From NCBI RefSeq assembly GCF_048593235.1, contig NC_133617.1:284271988-284335987 (forward strand): a DNA stretch of 64,000 bases. Reading direction: 5' to 3'. The notes under the pieces were generated by a model. It had not been told where the DNA came from and did not search any database. It was given only the letters and a program-made list of their open reading frames with translations. A program made the position numbers and the translations under genes. This DNA comes from Sminthopsis crassicaudata. Lineage: Eukaryota. Shown here one piece after another: positions 26,071 to 39,169 of this stretch (the stretch's first letter is position 1; each line of letters begins with the position of its first letter).

Positions 26071-26809
26071 ATAGGAAATACCCTGAAAGGATGTTTCAGA
26101 GAGGGCTGAGAAAATGTTATCAGATATACAGAGGTAGAACAGTAAGTTTCAACTAGACAAGTTTGAACCTGGCTTCTGGCTCCCTCTTTTATTTTGTGTT
26201 TCTTTGATTGTAGATTACCGAACAGCAATCTTAAAATTCTTATTTTTTTGTTAAGAAAGGAATTTCTACATCCAGGCTTGACTCCCCAGAAGACATATTC
26301 CAAGAGCCAAGGTGAAATGAAACATGCCTGTTTAGCAGTCCCACCAAATGCTTTTTCTTATGGTTTTTAAATCTCAATCTCTTAAGAGTGTAATAATATT
26401 TTTTTAATTATTAAGCTTTATTTTGATAAATATGGGCTTTGAGGTCTTCAGTGTCCTACTTTTGTGAAAAGGAAATAAATATTTATCTTCTAACTTAATT
26501 TATGCTGTATTTGAAATCCTTTCTCCCTCCCCCTTCAAGGATATGATAGACCTCAACCAAACTAAACATTTTCCCTGGGGGAACCAGGATTAGGGTACAT
26601 TAAGCTAATCGGTAGGAGAAAAAGTGCCTAATGCCTCTCATTAGAAGGCAGGATGCCCTGGAATTGAATTCAATATGATCACATATGTAAGTTTATAACA
26701 AAGAAGTCCCTTAGCTGAAAGTAAAATAATACAATGACCCCTTAATTTTGGGTATGAGCTGCAGTTTTTAATAATTATATTTGCATAATCTTCCACATGA
26801 AAATCAGAC

Positions 26810-27055
26810 TAATTTAGTAAGTAGAGAAGTTGTCTCCAGATCAGCAAGACCTGGGTTCAAATTCTGAGTCAGACATACTCTGGCTATATAAACACAGGCA
26901 AGTTATTTAAATCTCTTAGTACACCCAAACAATAGTCTCAAATTGGATCTTGCTTAAAAGGTTCAGATCTGTATTGATAAAAGTTTTTTTTGTTTGTTTG
27001 TTTGTTTTGTTGTTTTTTTTTAACCAGGACTTCCCTAAACCTATGAAATGAGAGA
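26810..27055 (+). mobile_element. MdoRep1-like tRNA-derived SINE
   Basis: gacctgggttcaaattctgagtcagacatac B-box region and the characteristic tail (agatctgtattgat...ttccctaaacctatgaaat). A similar copy lies at about 34380-34600. Confidence 0.6.
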
Positions 27056-28639
27056 TCTAATAAAAACAAATAAACAAATACTGCAAATATTTTCATGGTG
27101 ATCTTTTTGCAAATACATATCATAAGCATTGTAATATGGTTTGACCAAAAGCCTTAAGTTACTCATTGCTCTTCAATGCAAAACAAAAGCAATTTTGCTA
27201 ATTCCTCCATTTCTAACTGCCAAGGAAAAACCTGTGACCATCTTTCCATTTAACTTCAATGCCCTAGTTTGGGGGGGGGGGGGGTTGGTTGTTTTTTTTT
27301 TTTTTTTTTTTTTTTTTCAGATTTAAATGATGGTAAGACTGCCAAGATTGAACTAATTCAGTTGGTCTGATAGTATATCTACTTTCCATTGCATGGTATG
27401 AGCCCTTTAGGAAGGATTTGATAAAATGCAATACTACTTGTCATTGCACAAGCATCTTATCTATAAAAAAGTGACAGCTAACTTTAAGTTTGCAGAAAAT
27501 CTAAAACCTCCTGATTTTTACCATGCTCTGGCTCCATTTTTGTCATTCTGTGAAAATGGAAGGGTACTGTATAGAACTCTAGTTTTATTGTATGTCACTT
27601 TATTTCATGAGTAACCATGGCAGAAACACTCATTACCAAGTGTCTACTGTGTCCCGAACACTATGCTAAATGCTTTACAAATATTTCAGAGCCTCACAAC
27701 ATTATTTTACAGTTGAGGAAAGGTGTAGCAAACAGAGGTTTAAAGTAATTTGCTCAAGGTCATGCAACGATTATTCTATTCCAGGAGAATGTTCATACCA
27801 TGTTGAGTCATCAGAGTAGAACTTTTTTGTAGTAATGTCATATATCTTGAAATGGAATAATCACTCATTTTCTTAGCTAATATGTTGCCTTCATTCTGAA
27901 ATAATTTAAAATGAAACTTATAATAAGGAGAAAATAATTCATGATACTGGGCCCTGATTTTAATTTTTATCAATTAACACATTTCACAAACTAGTCTTAC
28001 AAAAAGTAATATTTCAACCTTTTAAATAGTCTGTGCAATAGACTATTAGCTGACAATCAGTGGTGAGGTTTTCTGATTAAATAAAATATTCTGGATTTTA
28101 AAAATTATGTCAAGATAGTAATTCTCAAGAATAAGGATATCAGAGAATATATTTAAAAATATCATATTTCACCTTTGGCATTTTTGATGAGTCAGAAGAT
28201 ATTCATTGCATTGCCCTGAGGTCATCACTATGAAAACCAATTATCTTCGAGAGGTCAATGTACAGAAGTATTCAATAATGAATAGAATTTTAATGAATAG
28301 AACACTAAATAGCACAGAATTTTTTTTAACATTTGTAATAATTTCCTAATTTGTAATTTCATCTAGAATAATCAGTCTACCAATTCAATGCAGATTATAA
28401 GGCAACATAAATTGTCATCTTTTGAAACATATTTATATATTTCCATAAATCTTTCACAAAAAGTTTACTAAATGCACAGAGGCTTTTCTCTGGTTCTTTT
28501 AGTATCAGTATCTTTTAGTATGATAATGTAGGACTTAAGTTGTCTACCTGTTGTCTTTCATTCTATGTCCAGCTCAACTTTTTTTCCTATTTATGCCCTT
28601 GGTTCTATCTTTTATACAGTTCTTTAAACTCAGTTGTTG

Positions 28640-28900
28640 ATAAGATAATGCAACTCACTAATGTGCACCATATGGATTTTCAGGGCTTTGAGGATTAAGT
28701 ATAATTCTGATTCTGCTGAGATTATGCTGTCATGATTTGAAGTCATATAGCAGCACAGTGAGAATCATGGTATTAAAGACATGGACTTTTTTTTCAGTGA
28801 ACAATTTTACATCATTTAAAATGGAAGTCAATTTCTCACATGTAATCCAGTTCAACATTTTCTCCCTATAAAATTCTGAACTCATTCTATTATCCATTAA
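28640..28900 (-). mobile_element. RTE LINE fragment (region C-terminal to RT)
   Basis: Minus-strand ORF 28730-28915 reads WITCEKLTSILNDVKLFTEKKVHVFNTMILTVLLYDFKS. This matches the RTE motif pattern W-AFGKL-FND-KL-K-HLFNT-ILPV-LYG-ESW. Confidence 0.75.
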
Positions 28901-29456
28901 CCACAGAGGACACACATGTATATAAACACATATAGTATATATGTTTGTATGTGTAAACAGACACTCTCTCTATAGATACACATATATCTACATATACACT
29001 TTATATAGTTAAACATGCATACACATGCATATATTATTTGTATGATTGTATATATGCATGTATTGTATGTATTCGTATATGTTAACTCACCAAGCTAAGC
29101 ATCCAGAATCATGTTATAATCTCATTGATAAATATTTTTCAACTACTTTGTTTTCCTAGTGTGGATGATGGGTGCAATACCTATATTTGATACAATCTAA
29201 AAATGATGACAGCACTAAAATATTACCTTAGCAATGAGAATGCCTTCCACTGAAATCTTTCTAATGTAAACATAGTAGTAATAATACAATTTTATGTGAT
29301 TACACATAGAATACATGATATTGTTATATGCAAAATAATAAAAATAAACATATTATCAGGTACATAACATTAACTTTTATGAAGCATAATTTATGAATAC
29401 ATAAACACATCATTTAATAGGTAATTCTTCCATAGTGTAAACTTCCTATAGTCTAA

Positions 29457-29647
29457 CAGGGGTTCTCAAATTACGGCCTGTGGGCCAAATGGCACTGCTG
29501 AGGAAGCTTATGCAGCCTGCTGGGTTATGGCAAATGGGCTGAGGGGCAGAAACAGAGTGTGAGGTTTTGTTTTTACTACAGTCCGGCCCTCCAACAGTCT
29601 GAGGGACAGTGAACTGGCCCCCTATTTAAAAAGTTTGAGGACCACTT
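29457..29647 (+). mobile_element. OC1 (OposCharlie1)-type non-autonomous hAT MITE
   Basis: 191 bp. TIRs caggggttctcaaatt / aagtttgaggaccactt (12 of 16 match). Diagnostic subterminal tagtccggccctccaacagtctgagggacagtgaactggccccctatttaaaaagtttgagg. The 8-bp TSD was not recovered. Confidence 0.85.
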
Positions 29648-31631
29648 GAGGATGTTCTTCTAGAGTTCTTGCCATAATATGAATACCAAGAGAGCTATCT
29701 TTCATTTCCCTCTTGCTTTAACTTCTTTTTTTCCAGGAAAACATTTATCTGGTTATATCTTTTACATAATATTATTATTATTACCATGAATTCATACATC
29801 TGTATCTAGAAAGACCATAAAGGATAACTCCTCCCCATATTTTAGAGTTAAGAGAACTGAAATCCAGGAAGGTTGGGATTTTTTTCTCTTTACATTTGTT
29901 CTAATCCAGATACTCTTCTCATTTATTTAGTTTTGTACATTAGACACTGTGATACTGAATCAAAATATTCTTGTTCTATTGTCATTAATGAAGTTACTTA
30001 GTTTGCTATCTCAACAAATAATTTTTCCACTTTTCATCTTTGATTATTGATTTTTTCAATTCTATCTTAAAATGTTCTTAGGATGATGTGACTTTACCAG
30101 GTCTCTTGTCAAGCTTTCAGTAAACTATATATTTTTTAATTCCTTTTTCCTTGTCATTTCATGCAACAGGACCATTTGTAATCTTCAACTCCCATCTGAT
30201 TTTCCATACAAGTGTATAAATCCAAATTGGTGTTGCCTCTGGCTGCTTTCTCTTTCCAATTAGCAAGGAAATGAAATATTTGCTGACTATGACAGTTTCT
30301 AAATTATTTTGGTCTCTTCATTGTGATAATTGATTTATGTTTACTAAAGTCTTAGGAAATGGTAATAATCTATGCTTTATAGAATATTGTTATCTGTTTG
30401 CCATCTATTAACTTTAATATTTCATTCAAACACCTCAGTTTGGAGTTATCTGAATTGCATACCATATCATCTCTGTCTCTTTTTTAATTTTATTTTTCAT
30501 TTAGACTTGGTATTGATTTTTATCTTTGTTATAAAAGGTCAAAGGTCTGATTGAATGGAAAGAGTTGATAAAACAATGATTATCTTACTGGTAAATAGTT
30601 ATTTCCTGCCTATTAAGATATTATAAATTCATTTTTCTGATATGTGATTGAAAACTGTGATGAGCCCAGCGATCTGAGATAATCTCTTTCCCTATTCACT
30701 AAGGGATCCTCAGCACAGTACTAGAGATATTCATTTGATTTGACTCTACTCTAAACTTAAGTAAGCAGTTTATAATAGGTTGAATCCCAAAGAGGCCTGT
30801 CCTCTACTAGGGGGATCTAGGTTCATTTACTGTCACTTTTTTGCTTTTTAAATTCCTCACAATTTTCCCAGAATGTCTACAGCTTGTACTCATGTCCAAG
30901 GTCTCCATCAAAAAGAGGTAGTAGAAAGATTCTCAATGTATAATAGTAATTAGTTGTGAGATTAATATTTACTTCCTAAACATAAGAGAAATGCTAAAAA
31001 TATAATGATAATAAGCACAAATTTTACAAATAAATTTAAACAGCAGTATTAACTACCATAATATTCTTCCAGGACATCAGTATCTAAAACTATCTATATC
31101 CAAAATAATTTGCATGCCTGTTGACTAGGCATTTTACACTTCATCTTGGCTCTGTACTGTTCAAGCAAATTTTAAACATCGTTTGTCAATCCATATGAAA
31201 ATATGCACTTATCCTCTTGTTGGTGCTTCTGATTTCAGTCAAATCTAGCCAGGAATCCAAGATTTGTAGAGCTCTCAAACTTCAAGTTACATCTAAGACT
31301 GGAAACATTTGTTTCAAGATTAATGTTCAATTGCTTACTTGGAAAAAGAAATATATAGCAGAAAAGGCCTCCAGAATTTCACTTGAAAGTTTAAGTAAAT
31401 GGAACCTTTTGTATACAACTATGCAAATTACTTGGTACAAGAATTAACTTTGATATAATTTTGTGACTCTAATGGTGATGAATATGTGATCTTGCTGACA
31501 ATGGGCTAATGCATAAGTCTGATGAAATGAAATCAAATTGAACCTATTTCCTAATATTTACTTAATTTCTCTTGTTTCAGTTCTGAATTTTCTTATGCAC
31601 ACCCACACCCACACCCACACACACACACACA

Positions 31632-31679
<48 letters not shown>

Positions 31680-31778
31680 GAGTTTATTACTTTATTTCCA
31701 TCTTATACTGTATTTTTTGATTCTGTGGTTTTCAAGAATGGATATTTCTTCAAGGAAATATAACAAAGTTATAGGTCT

Positions 31779-31927
31779 CGGGGCAGCTAGATGGTGCAGT
31801 AGATAGAGCACTAGCCCTGGATACTAGGGGACCTGAGTTCCATAATAGACTCATACACTTAATGCATACTAGTTGTGTACCATGGACAAGTCAATTAACC
31901 CCAATTGCCTCTCCAACCCCCCCCCCC
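31779..31927 (+). mobile_element. WSINE1-type SINE
   Basis: ggggcagctagatggtgcagtagatagagcactagccctgg head. 13-bp TSD with one mismatch, aagttatag(g/t)tct (31766-31778 and 31928-31940). Confidence 0.92.
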
Positions 31928-33589
31928 AAGTTATAGTTCTTAAAGAGTACACTCCAATGACTTATAAATATTATAGCAGCTGTTGGTGTGAACATATGAA
32001 AAAATTCAAGTATCGTTAAAAAAATAGTCGGATCTAAGTCAAAATGAATGTCTGATTAAAAATGGAAAAATAACACTAAAAATTTAGAAAATTATATTTA
32101 TAAAACAACTCAATCCTTAACAAACAAAAAATCCTAAATCCTGGAAGATTTATGTATTTTTTTCTTTTCCTTTTTATTTAGATAGTTCTTTTGAAGTTGG
32201 AGGAACAGTGGAAAGATTAATTTTAGGAGAAGTTTTTTTCACATATTTTTAAAGCTGCTAATCATTTTTGTAAGAAAAAAGTGTCATGGGTAAAACATTG
32301 CAAAGACTGAAGTACTAAAAATAAAAAAATGTCTAACATACTCATAAGTCTCACTTTTTCCTTCAAGACCAACAAAATTCAGGACCAATTAAGTAACCCT
32401 ATAAGAGCTAAACATCTTTATCAAACTGTAAGACACACAATTAAAAAAAAAAAAAAAGACTTTTAAGGCTTAAATGTTCAAACTGAAAATTTGACAACTG
32501 ACAGTACCAAGATAATTTTACCTGGCTCTCACTAACCAGTTTGATCTAGTTCCAGTATATCTATACTTAGAAGCTACAATTATCATTTATAATGTGTATA
32601 TGTAAATATATGCAAACATACATATATGCATGCAGAAAAAGAGACACAGACCTAAAGAGAAGAATGGAGGTAGGGAAGGAGAGAGAATTTATGCATTATA
32701 ATAAAAAATAAGCAAACATTCCCTGAAAGGATTCTCAGAAAAAAAGACAGTGTTTTTATATTATCATATAAATATATAATCTTATATATGACATTTTATA
32801 GAGTTATATATACATGTATATAAATATATTATATATATTATATATATACATATATAATTTATATATATGTCTTCATATATAGTATGCAAAATGTAAAGTA
32901 AATATGAAGAGGCTTATCCCCAAAGATTTGGTCCCTAAGAAGTGAATTATTTTGGCCATGACACCTTTAGAAATTACCCATATGGTGTGATGAAGAAAGA
33001 GAAATTCAGATCAAAATGTTTCTTTTAAAATGTTAATTATGATGATGATGATACATTTTTACAGTTTCACATATATATATGCATATATATATATATAACT
33101 TTATCTGAGATATAATTCAAATAACTTTTACTTAGTGCCTATGATTAATGTAAAATCTCTGTTACATTGTCAATTTCCTCGATATTAATTTTTTTTTCAT
33201 TTATTGCATTTACCTCATTGGTCATCTTAATTAAGAGCCTCACATTAATATAATGCATAAGTAGGTTGGAATACATGCTGTTTGACTTTATTCTCTGGAC
33301 CCAGATTCTCATTGCTGCGTTTATTAAACCATACTTGTAAAGTGCTAATCAAATAATTATGTAATCAATTAATTCTACAGTCCAGTGCTAGGGTGGAGAA
33401 TGAGGTGTGAAAAAGAAGACAAAGTTACTATGGGCAGGATGCTTCTAATCTACTTGAGAAGACAGCTTAATTCTACAGCCTTCTCTACATTGATTATTTC
33501 CTATTGATTCTTTATATAATTTGTTTGTACATAGTGATTTGTATGTTCTCTTCTCCATTATGTTGTTAGTTTGTCAAGGTTTGAGATAG

Positions 33590-33623
<34 letters not shown>

Positions 33624-35399
33624 GTGCCCCCAGTTCTTAGCACAGTGTCTGGAACTCAATAGAACATAAATGCTTATTCAGTGTCACAGAAGACAATGAG
33701 AAGTTGTGATAAGATAGGTCAATAATACCTTGCTTATTTGGCATAAGAGAATTATGTTTTCAGCATGAATGAAATTTCCTAGCATCTAAAGCCTTCCTCT
33801 TTTTTTTTTTCTTCCCTATGACTTTTTTTTGGATAAGAAATTCCCCAAAAGATACCTAGAAATTCAGGTTACTAACTAACTAATCTATAATTTACATTCT
33901 TAGAGTTGTTGAGATGTCAATAAAGAGTTAAGAGCTTTGCTTGAGAAGACAACAGTTAATATGTGTCAAAGATAAGACTTGAACACAGGTCTTTTTGACT
34001 TTGGGCATTTGGGTGGTTCAGAGGCTTAACACATGACTTAAAACCAGAAAAAAAAAAAAATTAGTTCAAATTTGGCTTTAGGTACTATTAACCCTGTATT
34101 TAACCCTTAGTTTCCTCATTTATAAAATGAACTAGAGAAGCAAAATGGCAAAGCACTCCAGTATCTCTGCCAAGAAAATCCCAAGTGAGATCATAGAGTC
34201 AGACATGACTAAAATGACTAAACAGCAATTCCTGACTTCAAGGAAAGATGTTTGCTATACAATGCTGTCTCTTTAACAAAACTTCCTCTTTTTAACATGG
34301 ATAAAATTTTGAAATAAGTGAAGCCCATTAAAATGACAAAATGTGTTTGTTTGTTTTTATTAACATAACCATTATAGAGAAGCAGGACTGCAGAGTGGAT
34401 AGAGCCTTCATTGGCGCCAGACTGAACATAGCTCCAAATCCTCTCTTTGACTGTTGCCCTTGTTAAATCATTTACTTTCTGAATGCTCAATGTACTCAAT
34501 TCAGCTCTCTGAGACTAAATGGCTCTGAAGGTGCCAATATGCATTTGTGGGAGAGTTTTCCTCAGCCAGAAGGAAATTCCCTATACAAGTGAAGTCACAT
34601 GTCCAGTACCTTTTTTTCTGCCTACTAACTATTATAGATGGATATATTTCTAAAATGTATTATATAATTCTTTAATTTCTTATATGAGAAGATAGGAATA
34701 AACAAATTATACTGAAAATCATTTAACTTTTTTGGAGATTCTGGGTCAATGCTGACAATATAATTTACTTCACAGTATCAGGGTTACCTTATTGTTTATG
34801 GATGTTTATGAAGTTTCCTCCCCAAGCCAAACTAAACTAAATTGTCCTCTGATACTATCCTTTAAACATACAAACATACACAAACATACACAAAATTTGT
34901 CTTTGCTTTAATAGCTCAAACCATCCACCTTCCATAATCTTATCTCCTAACTAGAAGATTATTTAATCATGAATCTAAAAAAATCGTTCTTAGCAAATTA
35001 ATTAAACCACCTCAACTTGGCCCTCAATGAAAAGTAAAAACTTTTGTTTCTCTCTTAAATTCTTCCTATTACCTTATCTCCCCTGCTGTGGTTTCAAATC
35101 TTTTCTTCTTTCCTTACTGGCACAACTTAACTACTTACCTATTGTATTAGTAGATATCCAGTGATAAAGTTTAATGATTTCTAGGCTTTTCAGTATAGGC
35201 CCTGCATTTGAATTGTCTTCCACTATCTTCTAGCTGTGTAGTCAATGACAAGACACTAAACCTCTCAGACTCTTTAATCTCCTCATCACTGAATTGGAAA
35301 TAATAATACTATTTTCCAGTACTATTATGAAGAAAATTCCTTGCAAACTATAATTTTATATATTATGTATCAAACATCTATTATGAATTCCCTTCTACT

Positions 35400-35641
35400 T
35401 CTCAGCCTCACCAATTATTCTCTACCATTATTCTAGCCTCAATGAATTAAGTTACTCTTCTCTATGTCAATGCTAATCCTTCTACTTGGACCCTTGATCC
35501 CATCTCATCCTATTTTGGGGAGCCTGACCTATTGAACCTTCCTTCCTTTTCCTTTTCAATTTCTTCTTTTCCACTGGCTCCTCTTCCATAGTTTACAAAT
35601 ATTCTCAATTTCTGCTCTTTTGAGTATTTCTTTCCTTTCAC
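35400..35641 (+). mobile_element. L2 fragment
   Basis: Pyrimidine-rich L2 sense pattern (cccttgatcccatctcatcct...ctttccactggctcctcttccatag). It runs into a gap. Confidence 0.6.
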
Positions 35642-37504
35642 NNNNNNNNNNNNNNNNNNNNNNNNNNNNNNNNNNNNNNNNNNNNNNNNNNNNNNNNNNN
35701 NNNNNNNNNNNNNNNNNNNNNNNNNNNNNNNNNNNNNNNNNNNNNNNNNNNNNNNNNNNNNNNNNNNNNNNNNNNNNNNNNNNNNNNNNNNNNNNNNNNN
35801 NNNNNNNNNNNNNNNNNNNNNNNNNAGCACCTGCATTCACTACTTCTATTTATTTCATTCTTCAACTCCTTGACACCTGATTTATAAATATATATAAAAT
35901 AACCTATTGCAGCATAACCTCCAAAGCTCAAGAAATTCACAACCTGATTTTCCCTGATAGTTGGGTTCATAGATATGCAATATCATGACTAAAAAATAAA
36001 TATTTCATATTTATTTACATGGTGCTTCGTGGCTTTCTTGCTATTATCTCTTTTTCTTGTGCAGTGTTTATGCTTTTTAAGGGATCACAGACTTTGACTT
36101 GCTTGCATCTGTTGATCTACTGAGCATCAAGAAACTTTGCTTACTGGTATCCTGCTGGTTCTCCTTCAATCTAGTCATACAGTAGCAAAGATATAGGCTT
36201 ATATTTACTATCAAGTTTATTAGATTGTTTTTAAGAAGCATCACATAAAGGCAATGTGTTAGTAAATAAAAATAATCAGGTTTTTATTAAAATCACTAAG
36301 CAGACCCTTTAATGATAGTTATCCTTATTAAAAAGATGAGATATCCAGATAATGAAAATTTTTCAGATGCTTTGTTATTGGAAATATGAATGTCCCTCAC
36401 ATATTCATCTATTCAATACTCACAATGTGATCACTGTGAATGATAATGGAAACCAGAGAATAACAGGTACCATTTTTTCTTTTCCTTATCATGCAGAAAG
36501 GTAAACTATTAAAGACACATCTGGCATAACAAAGTCCACTGATTATTTCCAGCATCCATCAATCTTTTTAGCATATTTGTGGTAGCTAATTCTAGTTTCC
36601 TTTACATTACATTAAAAGAAAATAATATTTCCCCGAAGTGCAAGAAGTCCATCCTAGAGGGGAATGTGTACAACCAAAAGAGAAACTTCCTCTGATTTGC
36701 TGGGAGATATTATCTAAAGGGCATATATACCATCCTAGGCTTAAGACTGCTATTCTCTGATCTAATTCTACCCCGTGAGTAGGCTTTGAACATTTATCAT
36801 CACGGCAATCTATTTGAAATGCTTGCATGAGGCCAAATCATATTGCATAAAAATCCTTATTACATAACAAGTCATCAGATTTTATATCTGTGGAACACAG
36901 CAAAAAGTCCAAGAACTTATTGAATGTGGCCATTGAGAGCAAATTCAGTTAAACGGTTTTCCTCCTTTTTCCTCCTCTTCCCTTTTCTCCTTATTTTCTA
37001 TTTCTTTTTTTTTTAACTTTCTAAAGCCATTTTTTTTTGCAATTGTCCCTTTCTTGAAGCTTCTTAAACTTTTATCACTTCACATATTAGAAGTCATCAA
37101 AGTTGCCAATTTAAGACAATAATCATTAACCTTAAAGTAGAGGTAATCCTTCTATCAATGTAGATTTTCCTGACTTATTTAGTAGGTTCTAAAAATTACT
37201 GTGTATGAAAAATTAGTTATTCATTATTGCCTAGCAATAATATTCTAAATCTNNNNNNNNNNNNNNNNNNNNNNNNNNNNNNNNNNNNNNNNNNNNNNNN
37301 NNNNNNNNNNNNNNNNNNNNNNNNNNNNNNNNNNNNNNNNNNNNNNNNNNNNNNNNNNNNNNNNNNNNNNNNNNNNNNNNNNNNNNNATTTTTAACACAC
37401 AATAGAAGCTCTCAGGGGTTGTGCTCTAATGAAGTTATCTCCATAAATAAACCAGTTGGTTAGTCATTCAAACTACATTCATTATATGCACTTCCTTTGT
37501 ATCA

Positions 37505-37775
37505 AGTATTGTTGTTTGTCTTTCATTTTCAAAAGGGAACTGATGTTATCATAGGGTAATATCTTGAGTCACATATGAATTGGATTTAAGTGATTGAGTG
37601 AGAATTACACAAAGTCATCATTCTAACTCTCTCTTACAGAGTCATGAAATTTAAGTACAGTGGCAAGTTAAAAGTCAAGACACCTGGTGATGACCTGGGA
37701 TACAGTGGATGACCTTGGCATTTTTAATGTTTGTCCAAGCTCTAAGAGCTTTATATCAGCTGCTTCAAATGCCTT
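37505..37775 (+). mobile_element. MAR1-type marsupial SINE
   Basis: tgttgtttgtctttcattttcaaaaggga...tgaattggatttaagtga...cagagtcat...cagtggcaag...ggatgaccttggcatttt pattern. Confidence 0.75.
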
Positions 37776-39169
37776 CATGGCCCTCAGAATAAATTGTTTT
37801 CATCTCTCATTGATTAGATGCCCCAGTCTCATTAGACTGAGGCAAGTCTTCGTATGCTTGGGACAGACATTCCTCTAAATTCACCAAGAGATTTGAGATC
37901 TGTCAAATCTCAACCTGCTTTACACTATCTGCAGAGATGGTTTGCCAGGATGTGAATGCTACACTTATACAACATGCTGGAGTTACAGGTAAAAGTTGAA
38001 TGGCTAATAAACACCAAAGATCGATGAGCTGCCCTGTAAAGGGCCCAGCAAGCCCTCACCCAAGTGGTGCTAGTTCACTTAGAACATCTCAAACATAGTG
38101 AATCAACTATTACTAAGTGTTGGGCATAGAAAGAACAGTTAAAATGCAATGTGATTCCTTCTATCAAGGAAGTTACATCCAAATAGAAGAGACATGAAGA
38201 TAACTATGTATATAAAAGATAGAAAAAGTGTAAATAGAAAGTTATCTCTGAGATTAAGGTTTAGTAATAGAAGAGGGTGGGAGAAATGTTAAAAGAAGGA
38301 CTCTTAAAAGAAAAACTCTTGTACACCCACACCCTCTGATTTGATCTGAAGCTAAAAAGAACCAGATAAGCAAATGTAGTTCATGTGAACTCAAGAGTTT
38401 AGCTATGTCTTTACCAGGAGTTACTTCTGAGGTTGGGAGTAAATCTTTAATCCCACTGGCTCAATCCCCCAGCAGTGTGCCGCCTTTAAATGTTAGCATT
38501 TGACAGTAAATCTAGCCAAATATTTTTAAGTAGCTTTTAGAAAAGAGTTTTAAGGTGGTACAATAACAATAATTGATATAAAACAGACACATTCCTCAAA
38601 GGCCTACGACACATTTTCCCACAAGTATATATTGAGTTTAGGGAATTGTAGGTTCAAGTTTAGAAACAACAAATGGTGAACTGAAATTCTTATCTCCTTG
38701 CTGTAGAAGACTTTTTCTCCCATTTATGGGAGAAGTTCCCCTTAATCATGCAGCTTTGTCCTTTTCTCTCAATTCATATATTGTTGCCAGGTGATGTAGG
38801 ACTTCCAATTAGGGCACTGAGGGGAAGACGGAAAACCCAACTTTTTCCATTATACTCTTCAAATTGGAAAGGCCATTCTCCGGTCAAAGGGGAGGAAGAA
38901 AGGGATCTGTCCAAGGCCAAAAAGGCCATCAAATCCCCTTTCCTAGTGGTTCCTCCTCAGTAGTGTATTAAAAATCCACATTTGTTCCAATTTCTGGAAT
39001 TTAATCCCTTCTCAGCTTGTGTATTTTTGTAAAGACAGTCTCTGGAACTTGGTCAAGATTTCTCTGTCTTTCTGAACATTATTATTGTGAAAACAGCTTT
39101 CAAATTCAAAATCTTTTCTAAGTTATTTTAATTGATCGATATATTCCCATCTAGCTAAATAAAGAGTGC

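Noticed and set aside
24968-26686. Plus-strand exon-like segments 24968-25049 and 26540-26686 with good AG/GT
   Set aside because: Stops occur in all three frames (apart from a 12-codon ATG-initiated tail, MKYDPFKTTEPQ). They could be non-coding exons, but nothing else supports them.
36065-36790. Exon-like segments 36065-36146 and the CCC|gtgagt donor near 36775
   Set aside because: In-frame stops before the donor in every frame.
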